Shown one piece after another: positions 13,251-25,320 of a DNA stretch of 64,000 nucleotides. The DNA lies in contig OX597826.1 of the NCBI GenBank assembly GCA_951406725.2, positions 57,164,001 to 57,228,000 on the forward strand, written 5' to 3'. Source of the stretch: Octopus vulgaris (taxonomy: Eukaryota). The notes below the pieces were generated by a model. That model did not search any database. It had not been told where the DNA came from and saw only the letters and a program-made list of their open reading frames with translations. The position numbers and the translations under genes are program-made. Within the stretch, counting starts at the first letter, position 1. Every line of letters starts with the position of its first letter.

Positions 13251-14127
13251 AATATGTATACATATATTTATATGTATATATATATAAATATATATGTATA
13301 TATAAATATATATATGAATATATAAATATACACACACACATAGACACATATATATATATATATATTTATATATACACACACATGTATACTCACATACATA
13401 TGTATACACACATATGTATACACACACACGTATACACACACACATATGTACACACATACACATACACATATATATATTATATATAAACATATATCTTCTG
13501 CTGGTTTTAGTCATTGGATTGCAGCCATATTGGAGCACCACCTTCAGGAGTTTTAATCAATTCTATTGACCCTATGCACTTGGTTTGGTATTCATTTTAT
13601 TGAGCTCTATATACCAGATGGCAAAGTCCACCTCAGTGTAAAGAAATACCAGTCACATGAAATAAATATCAAAATATATTTTACTTGATTTATTACCAAT
13701 CCCAAAAGGAGAGAAACAATATGAATTTTGGATTGATTATATCAACAGCAGTACCTGCTTGATTTTGTACTTATTTTATTGACCCAAGAAGAATGAAAGG
13801 CAAAGCCTTTGTTTTCTAAGTAATTCTATTCACATCTAAAATGCCATATAGTAATATTAAACTGAACCCAGTATCTGACTTATTTTATTATATCACCCAT
13901 TCAAGGATGAAAGGCAAAGCAGACATGGGTATGAATAGAAAATATAGTGAATCATAATTAAATAACACTGGTATTTGATCCAATACTTTAAGAATTCTGC
14001 TAATCTACTGCCAAACTTGGCAGAATTTGGATTTAGGGAGTAAATACAATGTAGTATTTACTCTGGTACTCTACCGATCCTGCAATCCACTTTGCTCATT
14101 GTTCTGACTTATGATCTACTCTTACTC

Positions 14128-15065
14128 AGGATGAAAGGTAGACTGTATGATGCATGTGTGTGAACTGCCATGCTACACTGCAGTAAAACATGGGCCATGC
14201 ATAGGCTTGACAGAAATGGAGCTAGTATGATCTGTGCATACACAACTGAGTGTAAGCACCCTGAGAGAAAAGTTGGGCATAAGAAGCATCAAATGTGGTG
14301 TACAAGAGAGATGATTGTGCTGGTATGGTCATGTGCTATGTATGGATAAGGACAGCTGTTTGAAGAAGTGCCACTCCCTAACTGTGGAAGGAACCTATGG
14401 AAGAGGTAGACCCAGGAAGACATGGGATAGGGTAGTGAAGTATGACATTTGAACATTGGGCCTCACAGAGGCAATGACAGAAGACTAAAATTTTTGGAGA
14501 TATGCTGTGATTGTGAAGACCCAGAGACTAAAGTGAGATCACAGCCATGCATGTCTGGCCCAGTTAAGAGTATCCCTGATGCGTTGGGCGATATGATATG
14601 CTTGAGAAGACCTGTTGAGTCAAGTGAAACCAATATCATAGCTGTGGCCAGTGCCCCCTGACTGGCTCCTGTGCTGGTGGCATATGAAAAGCACCACCTG
14701 AACATGGTCGATGCCAGGTCCACCTGACTGGCTCCCATGCCGGTGGCACGTAAAAAGCACCATCCAAACGTGGCTGATGCCAGTACCCCTGACTGGCCCC
14801 TGTATTAGTGGCACGTAAAAAGCACTATCCAAATGTGATCAATGCCAGGCCTGCCTGACTGGCTCCTGTGCCACTGGCATGTAAAAGGCACCCACAACAC
14901 CCTCGGAGTGGTTGGCATTAGGAAGGGCATTAAGCTGTACGAACATTGCCAGATCAGATTGGAGCCTGGTGCAACCACTAGCTCTCCAGACCTCAGTTAA
15001 AGTATCCAACCCAAGCCAGCATAGAAAACGGACGTTAAATGATGATGATGATGATGATGGTGATG
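14128..15065 (+). mobile_element. RTE-clade LINE 3' remnant plus family C 3' region with internal tandem repeats and (GAT)n tail
   Basis: Broken translation KGRLYDACV..AML...TWA...LREKLGIRSIKCGVQER..CWYGHVL.MDKDSCLKKCHSLTVEGT.GRGRPRKTW is typical of the RTE ORF C-terminus; repeats at 14640-14900; tail at 15040-15065. Confidence 0.85.
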
Positions 15066-15227
15066 TAAAGAGGTTGGTGTTAAGGATGACATCCAACTGT
15101 AGAAACCACACCAAAACAGACATTTGGAGCTGGGACAGCTCTCTGGTTGGCCAGCTCCTATCAAACGATCCAACCCATGCCAGCATAGAAAACAGATGTT
15201 AAATGATGTGCTGAATTATATATATTA

Positions 15228-15532
15228 CTAGCAGTATCGCCTGGCGTTGCTCGGATTTGTAAGGGAAATAACTATATAAGCATTTTTAGAGAGTTACTTC
15301 CCTTATATAACCTGAGCAAAAATCATTAAAAAGGCAGAAAAAGATGGTAATTTTTTTTTAAATCGTAGACTCATCATAGACGCACGCTAATACCCAGAAG
15401 GGCTCGATATGAATGACGACTATAAGATACCCGCTTTTGGTTAAACTGCACTGCAAAATGTGGGAGTAGTTAGGAATCTAAATCGGAGGAGACAGAGTCT
15501 CACACACACAACTTCAATTTTACATATAAAGA
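15228..15532 (-). mobile_element. non-autonomous Helitron, both termini present (305 bp)
   Basis: Minus strand begins A|TC (15533/15532) and ends with GC-rich subterminal CCGAGCAACGCCAGG then CTAG|T (15231-15228/15227); no TSD; homologous copy 21050-21269. Confidence 0.8.
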
Positions 15533-16869
15533 TAAGGCATCATAATAAACTTCCACAAAGCCAAGTCTATGTAACTTTATCTCCTGTGCAACATATCTGA
15601 AAGACATACTTGCAAGTATATTTTCAGCAATCACTGGTAAAATTTTAATTTGTCATGCATGTCAAAGGTTGAACTGCATATTTAAACTGAAAACCAATCA
15701 TCAGTATAATGTAAAGAGAAACAGATACTGTCATATGTGAAAAGCACAATAGAGAGATGGGGAGAGAGGGGGAAAGAGCAAATAAGAGAAAGAAATAGAA
15801 AGAAAACTGATAATGGAGCAATTAATTCATACTTTAAATAAGGCTTATATCTTCAATAATACATGTGATAGAAGACGATAATGTCTAACTGATGTTAACT
15901 GGGGGGAAAAGAGGTTACAATTATATAATTATTGCTAGTGAAAACTAAAAGGTTGTAAGCAAAACACTTATATCCATTAATAAATGTTCAATTTTTCCCC
16001 TCTGAAATGCAATTGTAATGGAGTAAAATTAAACATGTATTTTTGCTTTTCATCAAACGCCACAATCATGATTATCATCATCATCATCATCATCATCATA
16101 AAAGAGTTTAGAAAATAAAAAAAAAACCCATAAAAATAAAAATGGGAAAAAGAGAGAGAAGAGTGGTAGTGGTGGTAGTGGTGGTGGTGATAGTGGGGGA
16201 AACCGAAAAAGGTTCTAAAAACATAACAGTATGTAATAAATTCATAAGATAGAAAATAACGAAAGAAAAAACAAAAAAAAGCCAACAATATCAACAGCAA
16301 AGAAAACATCAAAAAAAAAAAAATCACACATTAAATAAGATACTTAATACATCTATATAATAAAAGGGGACTAATTTGTGGAAACTGGGCATTGTAGGAA
16401 AACAGTTAAAAAGATTAACACAAAAGAATAAAAAACAATACAACATTCACAACAACAACAACCAAAACACAAACAAAAATAAAAGTCAGCCGCTAACCAA
16501 AGGCAATTCTGTGTAATGATTTGCAATGCTTAATACATAGTTAATCATTAAATTATTGGCCATTTTGATTGGAAGATATTGGAGGAGGGCTTTTAGCGAG
16601 GAACATATTGCTTTGTTTAATTAAATTCTTTGCTGGTATAAAATCTGTCACATAATCAAGTGCTATAAATGATATGCTGCCACATTTTCCTCTGGTTAAC
16701 TTACACTTCATCATATGTATGTATTTCTAGTTCTTTATGCATTCATCTCTTTATCTAATAATCTATAGTTTTCTCTCCATATCTTCATTGATCACACATA
16801 TACTTTCTCTCTTTTCTCTCAGCGCCTTGTTCTACATTTACCTTGTTTGTTCCTTAACCTTTTCTCTTT

Positions 16870-16897
16870 TGATATTTTCTCTCTGTCTGTTTGTCTG

Positions 16898-16929
<32 letters not shown>

Positions 16930-16979
16930 ACTTTCTCTACCTGTGTGTATGTGTTTGCATTTATGTTTCTGTCTATCTC

Positions 16980-17015
<36 letters not shown>

Positions 17016-17105
17016 CTTTATCCATTTGGCGTTTGTGTGTGTGTATGTGTGTGTGCATGCATTTATGCTTCTGTCTGTCTGTCTCTCAGTTCTCTAGAGT
17101 ATGTG

Positions 17106-17161
<56 letters not shown>

Positions 17162-17340
17162 TGTGTGTGTATGCATTTATGTTTCTGTCTGTCTCTCTCT
17201 CAGATCTCTATCCATTTGGTGTGTGCATGTTTTGTGTGCATGTGTGCGTGCATATGCATGTGTGTGTGTGTGTGTATGTGCATTTATGCTTCTGTCTGTC
17301 TCATTTCTGTGTCCATTTGGCATATGCGTGTATGTGTGTG
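16870..17340. repeat. compound tandem repeat (tgcatttatg[ct]ttctgtc / tccatttgg units separated by CT and GT runs)
   Basis: GCATTTATG.TTCTGTC occurs four times and TCCATTTGG three times. Confidence 0.75.
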
Positions 17341-17670
17341 CACATATGTGTATGTATGTGTGCATGCCTCTGTGTACATGTGTATATGTGTATGCACGAG
17401 TGTTTCATTCTCCATTCAGCACTGTTTCTCTGTCTCTGTCTACCAAACAATCTATCACACTACACTACACACACACACACACACACACACACAGACTCAA
17501 ACTGAAAATCATTGCAAATAGTGCATGGCCTGAAAGCGCAGATAGGTCTCCAACAGAGTGTCTTTGGTGCATGCAATTGAAATGAAGATGAGGTAATTCC
17601 TGATAACAGAAAGAGCAGATTGCAAAAGTAAGAAGTCAATGTAGTACTGAAATAGCAATAAAGCTTAGTG

Positions 17671-17710
<40 letters not shown>

Positions 17711-18033
17711 TGGAGAGAGAGAGAGAGAGAGTGGTGGTGATGTCTGTTTATAATGTCTACAAAAGAAAGAGGAGGAGGATGAGGAAGAGTAGGAGAGTGA
17801 GAGAAGGAAGAGGGGAAGAGGAAAGAAGCAGAACAGCAAAGAAGTGAATGGTGTTGGTGGTGGTGGTGGTGGTGGTGGTAGTGAGTAAAAGTTAACTAGA
17901 AAGAGTGTAGAAGAGATAAGGGTCGTTATGTAACAGTGTGAAGAAGAATATGAAAGAGGAGGAAATGTAATTTACAAGATTGGTCGGAAGAAACACTAGG
18001 GAAACCTAAGGTGTGGTACTATTGGACTACACA

Positions 18034-18231
18034 CTCTCTTTTACTTGTTTCAGTCATTTGACTGCGGCCATGCTGGAGCACCGCCTTTTGTCGAGCAAAT
18101 CGACCCTGGGACTTATTCTTTGTAAGCCCAGTACTTATTCTATCGGTCTCTTTTGCCGAACCGCTAAGTAACGGGGACATAAACACACCAGCATCGGTTG
18201 TCAAGCAATGCTAGGGGAACAAACACAGACA
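18034..18231 (-). mobile_element. SINE family A, 3' half
   Basis: Reverse complement of the 57190-57395 segment. Confidence 0.9.
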
Positions 18232-18629
18232 TACTGTGGAAGAGCGAGAGATAGCCAGGGAATGTCAAGACCGATAAAAAACATGTAGGCTTGCAAGCTG
18301 AGAGAGGGAGAGGGGGAGAGAGAGTGAGAGAGAGGGGGAGAGAGAGTGAGAGAGAGGGGGAGAGAGAGAGAGAGAGTCAGACAGACAGACTAACAGACAG
18401 AGAAAGAGAGAAAGGGGAGAACACTAACATATTATATGCTCCCCACTAAAGTTCAAATTATTCTTTCCTCCACTGATTAACTGGACTAGAATTATATATG
18501 CAAAATGCTTATATTTTGCATGAATGAAGACAAAAATGAGCAAATGAAATCAGTTCAGAGTGGCCAGTGGCACATATTTGGACAAAGGGGTATAGGAGCA
18601 TACAAGATAAATCTTTAATATAACTTGAT

Positions 18630-19085
18630 TCTTGGTGGTGGTGGTAGTGGTGGTGGTGGTGGTGGTGGCAGCAGTGTTGGTGCTAGTGGTGGTTGTAATG
18701 ATGATGGTGTTGGTGTTGGTAGTGGAGGTGGTAGCAGTGTTAGTGTCGGTGGTGGTTGTGGTGATGGTGGTGGTTGTGGTGATGGTCGCAGTGGTGTTGG
18801 TGTGGGTGGAGGTGGTGGTGGCAGTATAGTTGTGGTCAGAGTATGTGGCACCGGTTTTGGTATAGTACTTGGTCTAAGTGATAAAATAGTAGCGACAGTG
18901 GTCAAGAATGGTGGCAAAGTAGAGTCTATGTAATAGTATACTAGTAGTGGTGACTGTGGTTTTAGTAGAGTCTAAGTGATGATGTACTGATGTAGTAGTA
19001 ACAGTAGTAGTTATAGTAGAAGTAGTAGTAGTGGTGGTGGTGGTGGTGGTGGTAGTAGTAGTAGTGGTGGTGGTGGTAGTAGTAA

Positions 19086-19141
<56 letters not shown>

Positions 19142-19560
19142 ATACTGCAGCTACTAGAAAAAGTGTTAATGTTAGTGATGTAAGTGTTTTGTGGTGGAGT
19201 GGTGTTAAAATTGTCAGAAATGGTGTTGTTAAGACTAGCGCTACCGATATAACACATGTCAGCACAGTTAGTAAAGCTAGTGGTGATAGATGCTGGAGTA
19301 CTAGTGCCAGTAGTGGCAGTGGTAGTTGTAACACTGACTTTTGTAGTGGTGGTTAAGGTAGTGCTGACACTGATGATAGTGGTGTTTCTGATACTGGTGT
19401 GGTGTGGTGTGGTGATAGAGTTATTGATGACATTGATAGTAAGTAGTAGAGGTGTTGGTGTTGATTGGGTTTAGTATAAATACTAATAGCATTAGTGTTG
19501 AATATGTTATTGATGAATGGTTATGGTAATCCTGGTGGTGGTGGTGGTGTGAGTGTTTGT
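18630..19560. repeat. (GGT)n/(AGT)n low-complexity tract
   Basis: Direct inspection; a similar tract in opposite orientation at 48320-49080. Confidence 0.9.
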
Positions 19561-20829
19561 GGCAGTGGTTGATATTACAGACATCACTCAATTTCAGCAA
19601 GGCCTGGCTTTGTACAGCAGAATCACCAAAGTTTTCCTCTAAACCACATGGTAGGTTATTCTGGTCCAGTTCACCAACAAGCAATTTAACACAATCATGA
19701 CATGGACATGCAGCTACATATTAACACAAGCTTACACACACACACACACACACACACAACCATGCACATATGTGCACACATACAAACATACACATAAACA
19801 TGTATCTTACGTCTCACCCTCACATCATATATTATGTTTGTGTATGATAGGGTAATGTGCTTATGAGCACATCTCTAAATGTGAGTACATCCATTGCATA
19901 AACGCATTAACTACAGTGCTACACATGCATGCACACATACACACACACACAAACCGAAAAGTTAGCACCAGACATATTTCTTGAAGAGGTAGCGGGTGGG
20001 GTGGAAGGACATTTAAGTTTGATGAATGGTAGGAACAAAGGCATTATCAGGAAGAATTGCCATGGCAACAACGTAAGCAAAATAGCCAGAAGAACAAGCC
20101 ATATCAGTGTTGCCGCCACAAAATATGGTGTTTAAACTATAAAGCAAGGTGAGAAGATGTGAAGAAGTGACTGACCAGAGTTTCGAGAATGATAGAGGAT
20201 GTTATTAGAAGTCTTAAGATTTAGTAGACTTAATGACTATATGTGCTGATGATGGTGATGATGATGATGATGCTGGGGAAGAGGGGGTGATTGTAGCCTC
20301 TTGAGATTAAAACCCAAGTTAGCTGTAGTTGTTGTTGTTGTTGTTTAAACCTCAGATCAATCTTCAATGAGTAAACATATCAAAGTCATTCCAACCATGA
20401 CATCACCTCATTTCAAGGGATATCTGGGACTAGATCATGTGTTCTGACTTCCTTTTTCAAAAGAGTTGTGCATGATTTATTGCAGGTTTGGCTGCTACTG
20501 TTAGTAGATCAAATGACTAATGTAAAAGATCTCTTCACTGGCTCAAAAACTAGCTTTGTAAATGAGGTTTTATTTTAATTAATTTGCTCCAGTATATTGC
20601 TGGTATTGCTTTATTGCCACTGAGAAAGTTTCAACATCAGACATTGAAATATTAAATTGCCTCACATGTATTACTTCAACAGCACTTCTAAATAGGCTGA
20701 AGTTTTGTTGTAAGGAGTAGCTTCAGGGTCTGAAGAGTATGTGGTAATGGGTACAAAGTGGGCAGTAGATGTGAGTGTGCATGTGTGCGGTGGGAGTTAC
20801 AGCTTTTAATTGCCTTAATTTTCAAATGT

Positions 20830-21030
20830 ATTTTTTTTTTTTTTTTTACTTGTTTCAGTCATTTTGACTGCGGCCATGCTGGAGCACCGCCTTTAGTCGA
20901 GCAAATCGACCCCGGGACTTAGTCTTTGTAAGCCCAGTACTTATTCTATCGGTCTCTTTTTGCCGAACCACTAAATGACGGGGACGTAAACACACCAGCA
21001 TCGGTTGTCAAGCAATGCTAGGGGGCAAAC
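20830..21030 (-). mobile_element. SINE family A, 3' half
   Basis: Same tail and body as 18034-18231. Confidence 0.9.
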
Positions 21031-21049
21031 ACCGCACACACATCACACA

Positions 21050-21269
21050 CGAAAAATTATGCATTAAAATGGAATAAAAAATGATGTTAAATTATTTTTA
21101 AAATCGTAGACTCATCGTAGACGCGCGCTAATAGCCAGACGGGCTCGATATTAATCACGACTATAAGATACCCGAATTTGGTTAAACTGCACCGCAAAAT
21201 GTGGGAGGAGTTAGGAATCTAAATCGAAAGGGACAGACACTCACACAACTACAGTTTTATATATATAGA
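21050..21269 (-). mobile_element. non-autonomous Helitron, 5' part only
   Basis: Homologous to 15315-15532; A|TC start at 21270/21269; CTAG end absent. Confidence 0.75.
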
Positions 21270-21679
21270 TATGAACCATTTGGTAATATAAGTGGCTGAG
21301 CTGTCTTTTACTGGCGATCAACCTGTGGGCAGCAATGTTTTATTATGATGTATTTAATTTTACAGAATCATGTCAATGTACAGTGAAAATTGTTAGTAAA
21401 AGAAAATAAGTCAACCATTAATGATATTTGAGAAGCACCAGTACAGTTGACTGAACAGTTCTATATATATTGTATTACCAGTGAACCTTTTATAGATTAT
21501 AGAATGATAAACAAGCAAGTCAAAACACGCTCTGCCATTCTTTCTTTCTCCTTCATTCTCTATCTTTCTTTGACAAAGACAAATATAAAAACAATTGACT
21601 ATCTCCAAAAATTTGTAATCATATGTCCTTGTTAAAAATTGTTATGAAAATTATTTTGCAGAGTATGTCTGCATGTCTG

Positions 21680-21900
21680 TACATATTGCTGACAAAATTG
21701 TTTGCGAGTCGGGTAAAATGATTAGCAGCCTTTATTCCAGCTCTTTACATTCTGATATCAAATTCTGCTGAGGTCAACTTTGGGGGTTGATAGAATACGT
21801 TGATAGAATACGTTTACGTTGCATTTGAGTACAGGGAGGTTGATGTAATCAACAAATCCCTTTTCCCCAAATTGCTGGCCTTGTGCCAAAATTTGAAACA
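21680..21900 (+). mobile_element. degenerate SINE family D
   Basis: ttacattctga..tcaaattctgctgaggtcaacttt ... ggccttgtgccaaaatttgaaac; further degenerate copies near 13560-14090(-), 22050-22270, 28560-28730, 42350-42500, 43785-43900. Confidence 0.6.
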
Positions 21901-21905
21901 GTTGT

Positions 21906-21962
<57 letters not shown>

Positions 21963-22176
21963 CACCACCACCACCACCATGCTGCTATGCATTTTGTCCA
22001 ATGTGTTACTACTATTACTACTACTACTACCACTACTACCACTACCACCAGGGTGGTGAGCTGGCAAAATTGTTAGCACACTAGACAAAATGCGTAGCAG
22101 CATTTTGTCCAATGTGTTTATCATTTGACTATACATTTTCCCTCAGATCTCGGGACTTGTATCTATAAAAGAAAGA

Positions 22177-22224
<48 letters not shown>

Positions 22225-22275
22225 GTCATCATCATAATTTTTATTCTGGTCTTGTGCCAAAATTTAAAGCCAAAA

Positions 22276-22586
22276 TTATTATTATAAAACTATTACATGT
22301 TACTTTAGTTAGCAGGGATGTTGTTTGAGATTTTGGGAATAACAAGTTTCCTCAAATTTCAAAAATCATTCTTAAGATTCTTACAGAAAACAGGATAGCC
22401 CCTTTCTGCAGGTCAACAACACACGTCTCAATTCCAATATTTGGTCTCTTGGGTAGCAATTTGGGTATTGTGCTAAGTGTGCTTATTACCATTGAAACTA
22501 TTGTTACCTGCATCTTTCACAATCTCTAGCTAGGTCCTGATATTTTTCAATTGTCTCAATTTCTTTGGTATCTATTGCTTGGTCTT
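22276..22586 (-). mobile_element. Dong/R4-clade (restriction-like endonuclease) LINE 3' remnant
   Basis: Broken minus-strand translation KEIETIEKYQDLAR...MQVTIVSMVISTLSTIPK...IGIE..VVDLQKGAILFSVRILR resembles the R4/Dong C-terminus; followed by TAA repeats. Confidence 0.65.
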
Positions 22587-24255
22587 AAGGCTTAAATTTT
22601 TTTCTCTCTTTATGGATTTTTAGAGATTTTGTCAGCAAGTGATTTAAGATTTGAAGACACGCAAATATTTCACTGAGAAACAAAGGATTTTTGACCTCTG
22701 ATGTAGATGGTCCCTTAGCTCATTACAAGAATTTCTTTATTGATGAGTACAAGAGCTCAATGTCAATCTAGTCCATTATTTAATAGTTAAAACGGGAACT
22801 TATAGTCTAGATGCCCAAAGTACATTACAACTGTATCAAATCATCCATTTTACAATATTTCTCTTTCTTTCCTTGATACATTATTATCTCTTTCACTATA
22901 TTCCTCACAACTGCAACAATTAAAAAGTTAAACAACTGGATTCAATTCACAAATACAATTTATGATTTCAATTAAAATAAAACTGAATTTCAATAAATAA
23001 ATTTTTTTCTCATGTAAAGATTTTAATTTTCTTCAAGAGGAAAGCAATTTTTCTTCACCAGCTCTTCTATACACACACACCTATACGCATGAATAAACCT
23101 CTTTCACAGCAATAATTTCTGAAGATTTTCACTATGAAAAGAAAAACTATTTTAACACAAGATATAAGGATTATTTAAATTATATGAAGAATTAATAAGA
23201 AAGGAATAAAAAAAAAATTGCTAAACAATCGATTTATATGTGATGTGGTGATGAGTGGAAAACAACTGCTAAAACTAAGTCCAAATATTGAGGTTGTATA
23301 GAATAAGAAAAGAAAAAAGATAAGAATTCTTTAAAATTGTAATAATAATTCAAAATTAAAGGCCTAAAACATAACTTGGAAATATATTTCAAAAACATAC
23401 AGGAAAGAGAGAAACTACATGGAAAGAAGAAGAGAAAAAACTGAAAGCAAAAAAGACAATTTCTTAATTGTTCCAAACTTATACTTTCCAGATTAACATT
23501 CCAAATACTTTAATGGAAAATATGAAGTTTCTTTATGATTCATTTTTCTCTTGACATTAGTATTTTTTTTCTTCTAAATATCTTTAATTCCATGAAGTCA
23601 ATGCCTTATCTTGCTTTATCTTGTAAATAGTTCAAAGTTTTAGTTTCTCTTTTGATCAACTATTATACAACTACATATAGTATAGATGGCAAACAAGAAT
23701 ATATTTTCTATATCAATAAATGTATACTTTTACATATATTTCGTATTATTTCACTTATCACATAATCAGAAAATCCAGAGATGAAAGACTCTACTTCATA
23801 GAAGAAATCTGAATAAGACCAAATCATGTCTAGAGTTATCACCCTTACTTGAATGGAAAATAAAAACAACAAATATTAGTAATTTACAAACACAATCTAT
23901 TTTGTTTCTTCACATATCTCATACTTATCTCTGGGTAGTTTTTTTTAATACACCATGCATTAAATATGTCAACATAAACATATATTACTATAAATATTAT
24001 TATTATTAACAGAATTGTCACTTGTCACTACTTCTTCATTTATTGTAGAAAACATATATTACTATATATTCTAAGGTAAAACATTACAAGAACAACATTG
24101 GCAATTATAATTAAATCCTCATCATTTTTGCTGTACATTCTTCATTTTTCTTCTAATAATGAGTGCAACCATTGATTCAATATGACTATATATTCACTTC
24201 TTTGTTACAGATGTACTCTTAACTTAAATCCCAAATTAGTGCCAACCTATTTTAA

Positions 24256-24436
24256 CCATTTGCTACCAAATTTCTGTAGAAATATACTGATTTTGCTTCA
24301 ATTAATTTTGAAAACAATGGAGAATTTAGTAAAATAATTTTGTCATTTTTAAGCTAGAAATTTTGCTAGAAAGTTTTAATTTAGATCACTTTAAAATACA
24401 GATCTAAGGGCAGTCTCAGGCAAGTTGGTATCAAAA
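24256..24436. mobile_element. piggyBac-type MITE (family G), degenerate
   Basis: Homologous to 28207-28430; TTAA at the left end. Confidence 0.6.
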
Positions 24437-24559
24437 AGAAAAAACTAGGAACATGGAAGAGCACAGCAATGTGGTATTAGTTTAAGGTTAAAGTATAATG
24501 AAGATCAATAATTCCATTTAAAAATAAGACGTTTCTCTACATAAGTTTTCCTTCCAAGT

Positions 24560-25320
24560 GAATTATGTGGTAGCAAGCATTTTGATCTGAGTGACGATCA
24601 TGACTTATCTCCTAAATTCATAGAAAACTATGAAGTTATATAAGGAGGAAGTACTCCGTCGGTTACGACGACGAGGGTTCCGGTTGATCCGAATCAACGG
24701 AACAGCCTGCTCGTGAAATTAACGTGCAAGTGGGTGAGCACTCCACAGACACGTGTACCCTTAACGTAGTTCTCGGGGATATTCAGCGTGACACAGAGAG
24801 TGACAAGGCCGGCTCTTTGAAATACAGGTACAACAGAAACAGGAAGTAAGAGTGAAAGAAAGTTGTGGTGAAAGAGTACAGCAGGGATCACCACCATCCC
24901 TTCCAGAGCCTCGTGGAGCTTTAGGTGTTTTTGCTCAATAAACACTCACAACGCCCGGTCTGGGAGTCGAAACCGCGATCCTACGACCGCGAGTCCGCTG
25001 CCCTAACCACTGGGCCATTGCGCCTCCACATGAAGTTATATATATATTGGCTAAAAAAGATGTAGAAGAAGTGAGCACAAGATTTTCGTAATCTTTTCCA
25101 TAGCATCTTGGAATGTCCATAACAAAATAATGAATGTCTTGCTGTGAACTAAAAGTAGTTTAGAGTTGTAGTGTAATGCTATCCACAATTCAATTACTTG
25201 TCAACACTCTTCTATTAAGAAATTAATCAATGTGTTGCAGAAAGAGGAAGCTGTGGCCACAAAGAAGATAAGTGACTGCCAAAGAGGGATTATTATTCGA
25301 CAAGAGTATCAATAAACACC
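24560..25320 (+). pseudogene. MULE/Mutator-like transposase fossil, interrupted by a SINE
   Basis: Translation ..FIENYEVIY[SINE]IG...WNVHNKIMNVLL*TKSSLEL*CNAIHNSITCQHSSIKKLINVLQKEE resembles the MULE motif W-N-V..R....LPRTNN.LEGWHN.....HP.IW..I..L.KEE. Confidence 0.6.
24643..25029 (-). mobile_element. tRNA-headed SINE (family B), full length, young
   Basis: Head GGAGGCGCAATGGCCCAGTGGTTAGGG...GGTTTCGACTCCC; CpG-rich; 13-bp TSD ATGAAGTTATATA at 24630-24642 and 25030-25042. Confidence 0.92.

Noticed and set aside
14640-14900. CRISPR-like regularly spaced repeats
   Set aside because: Eukaryotic context; the spacers resemble each other, so these are tandem repeats internal to a retroelement; no cas genes.
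17050-17580. Clusters of TGCATG (Rbfox) motifs
   Set aside because: Arise naturally from mutated (TG)n/(CA)n repeats on both strands; not informative without CLIP or conservation data.
18615-19474. Gly-rich, Pro-rich and poly-Thr ORFs
   Set aside because: Products of (GGT)n/(AGT)n low-complexity DNA with no domain content or convincing splice context.
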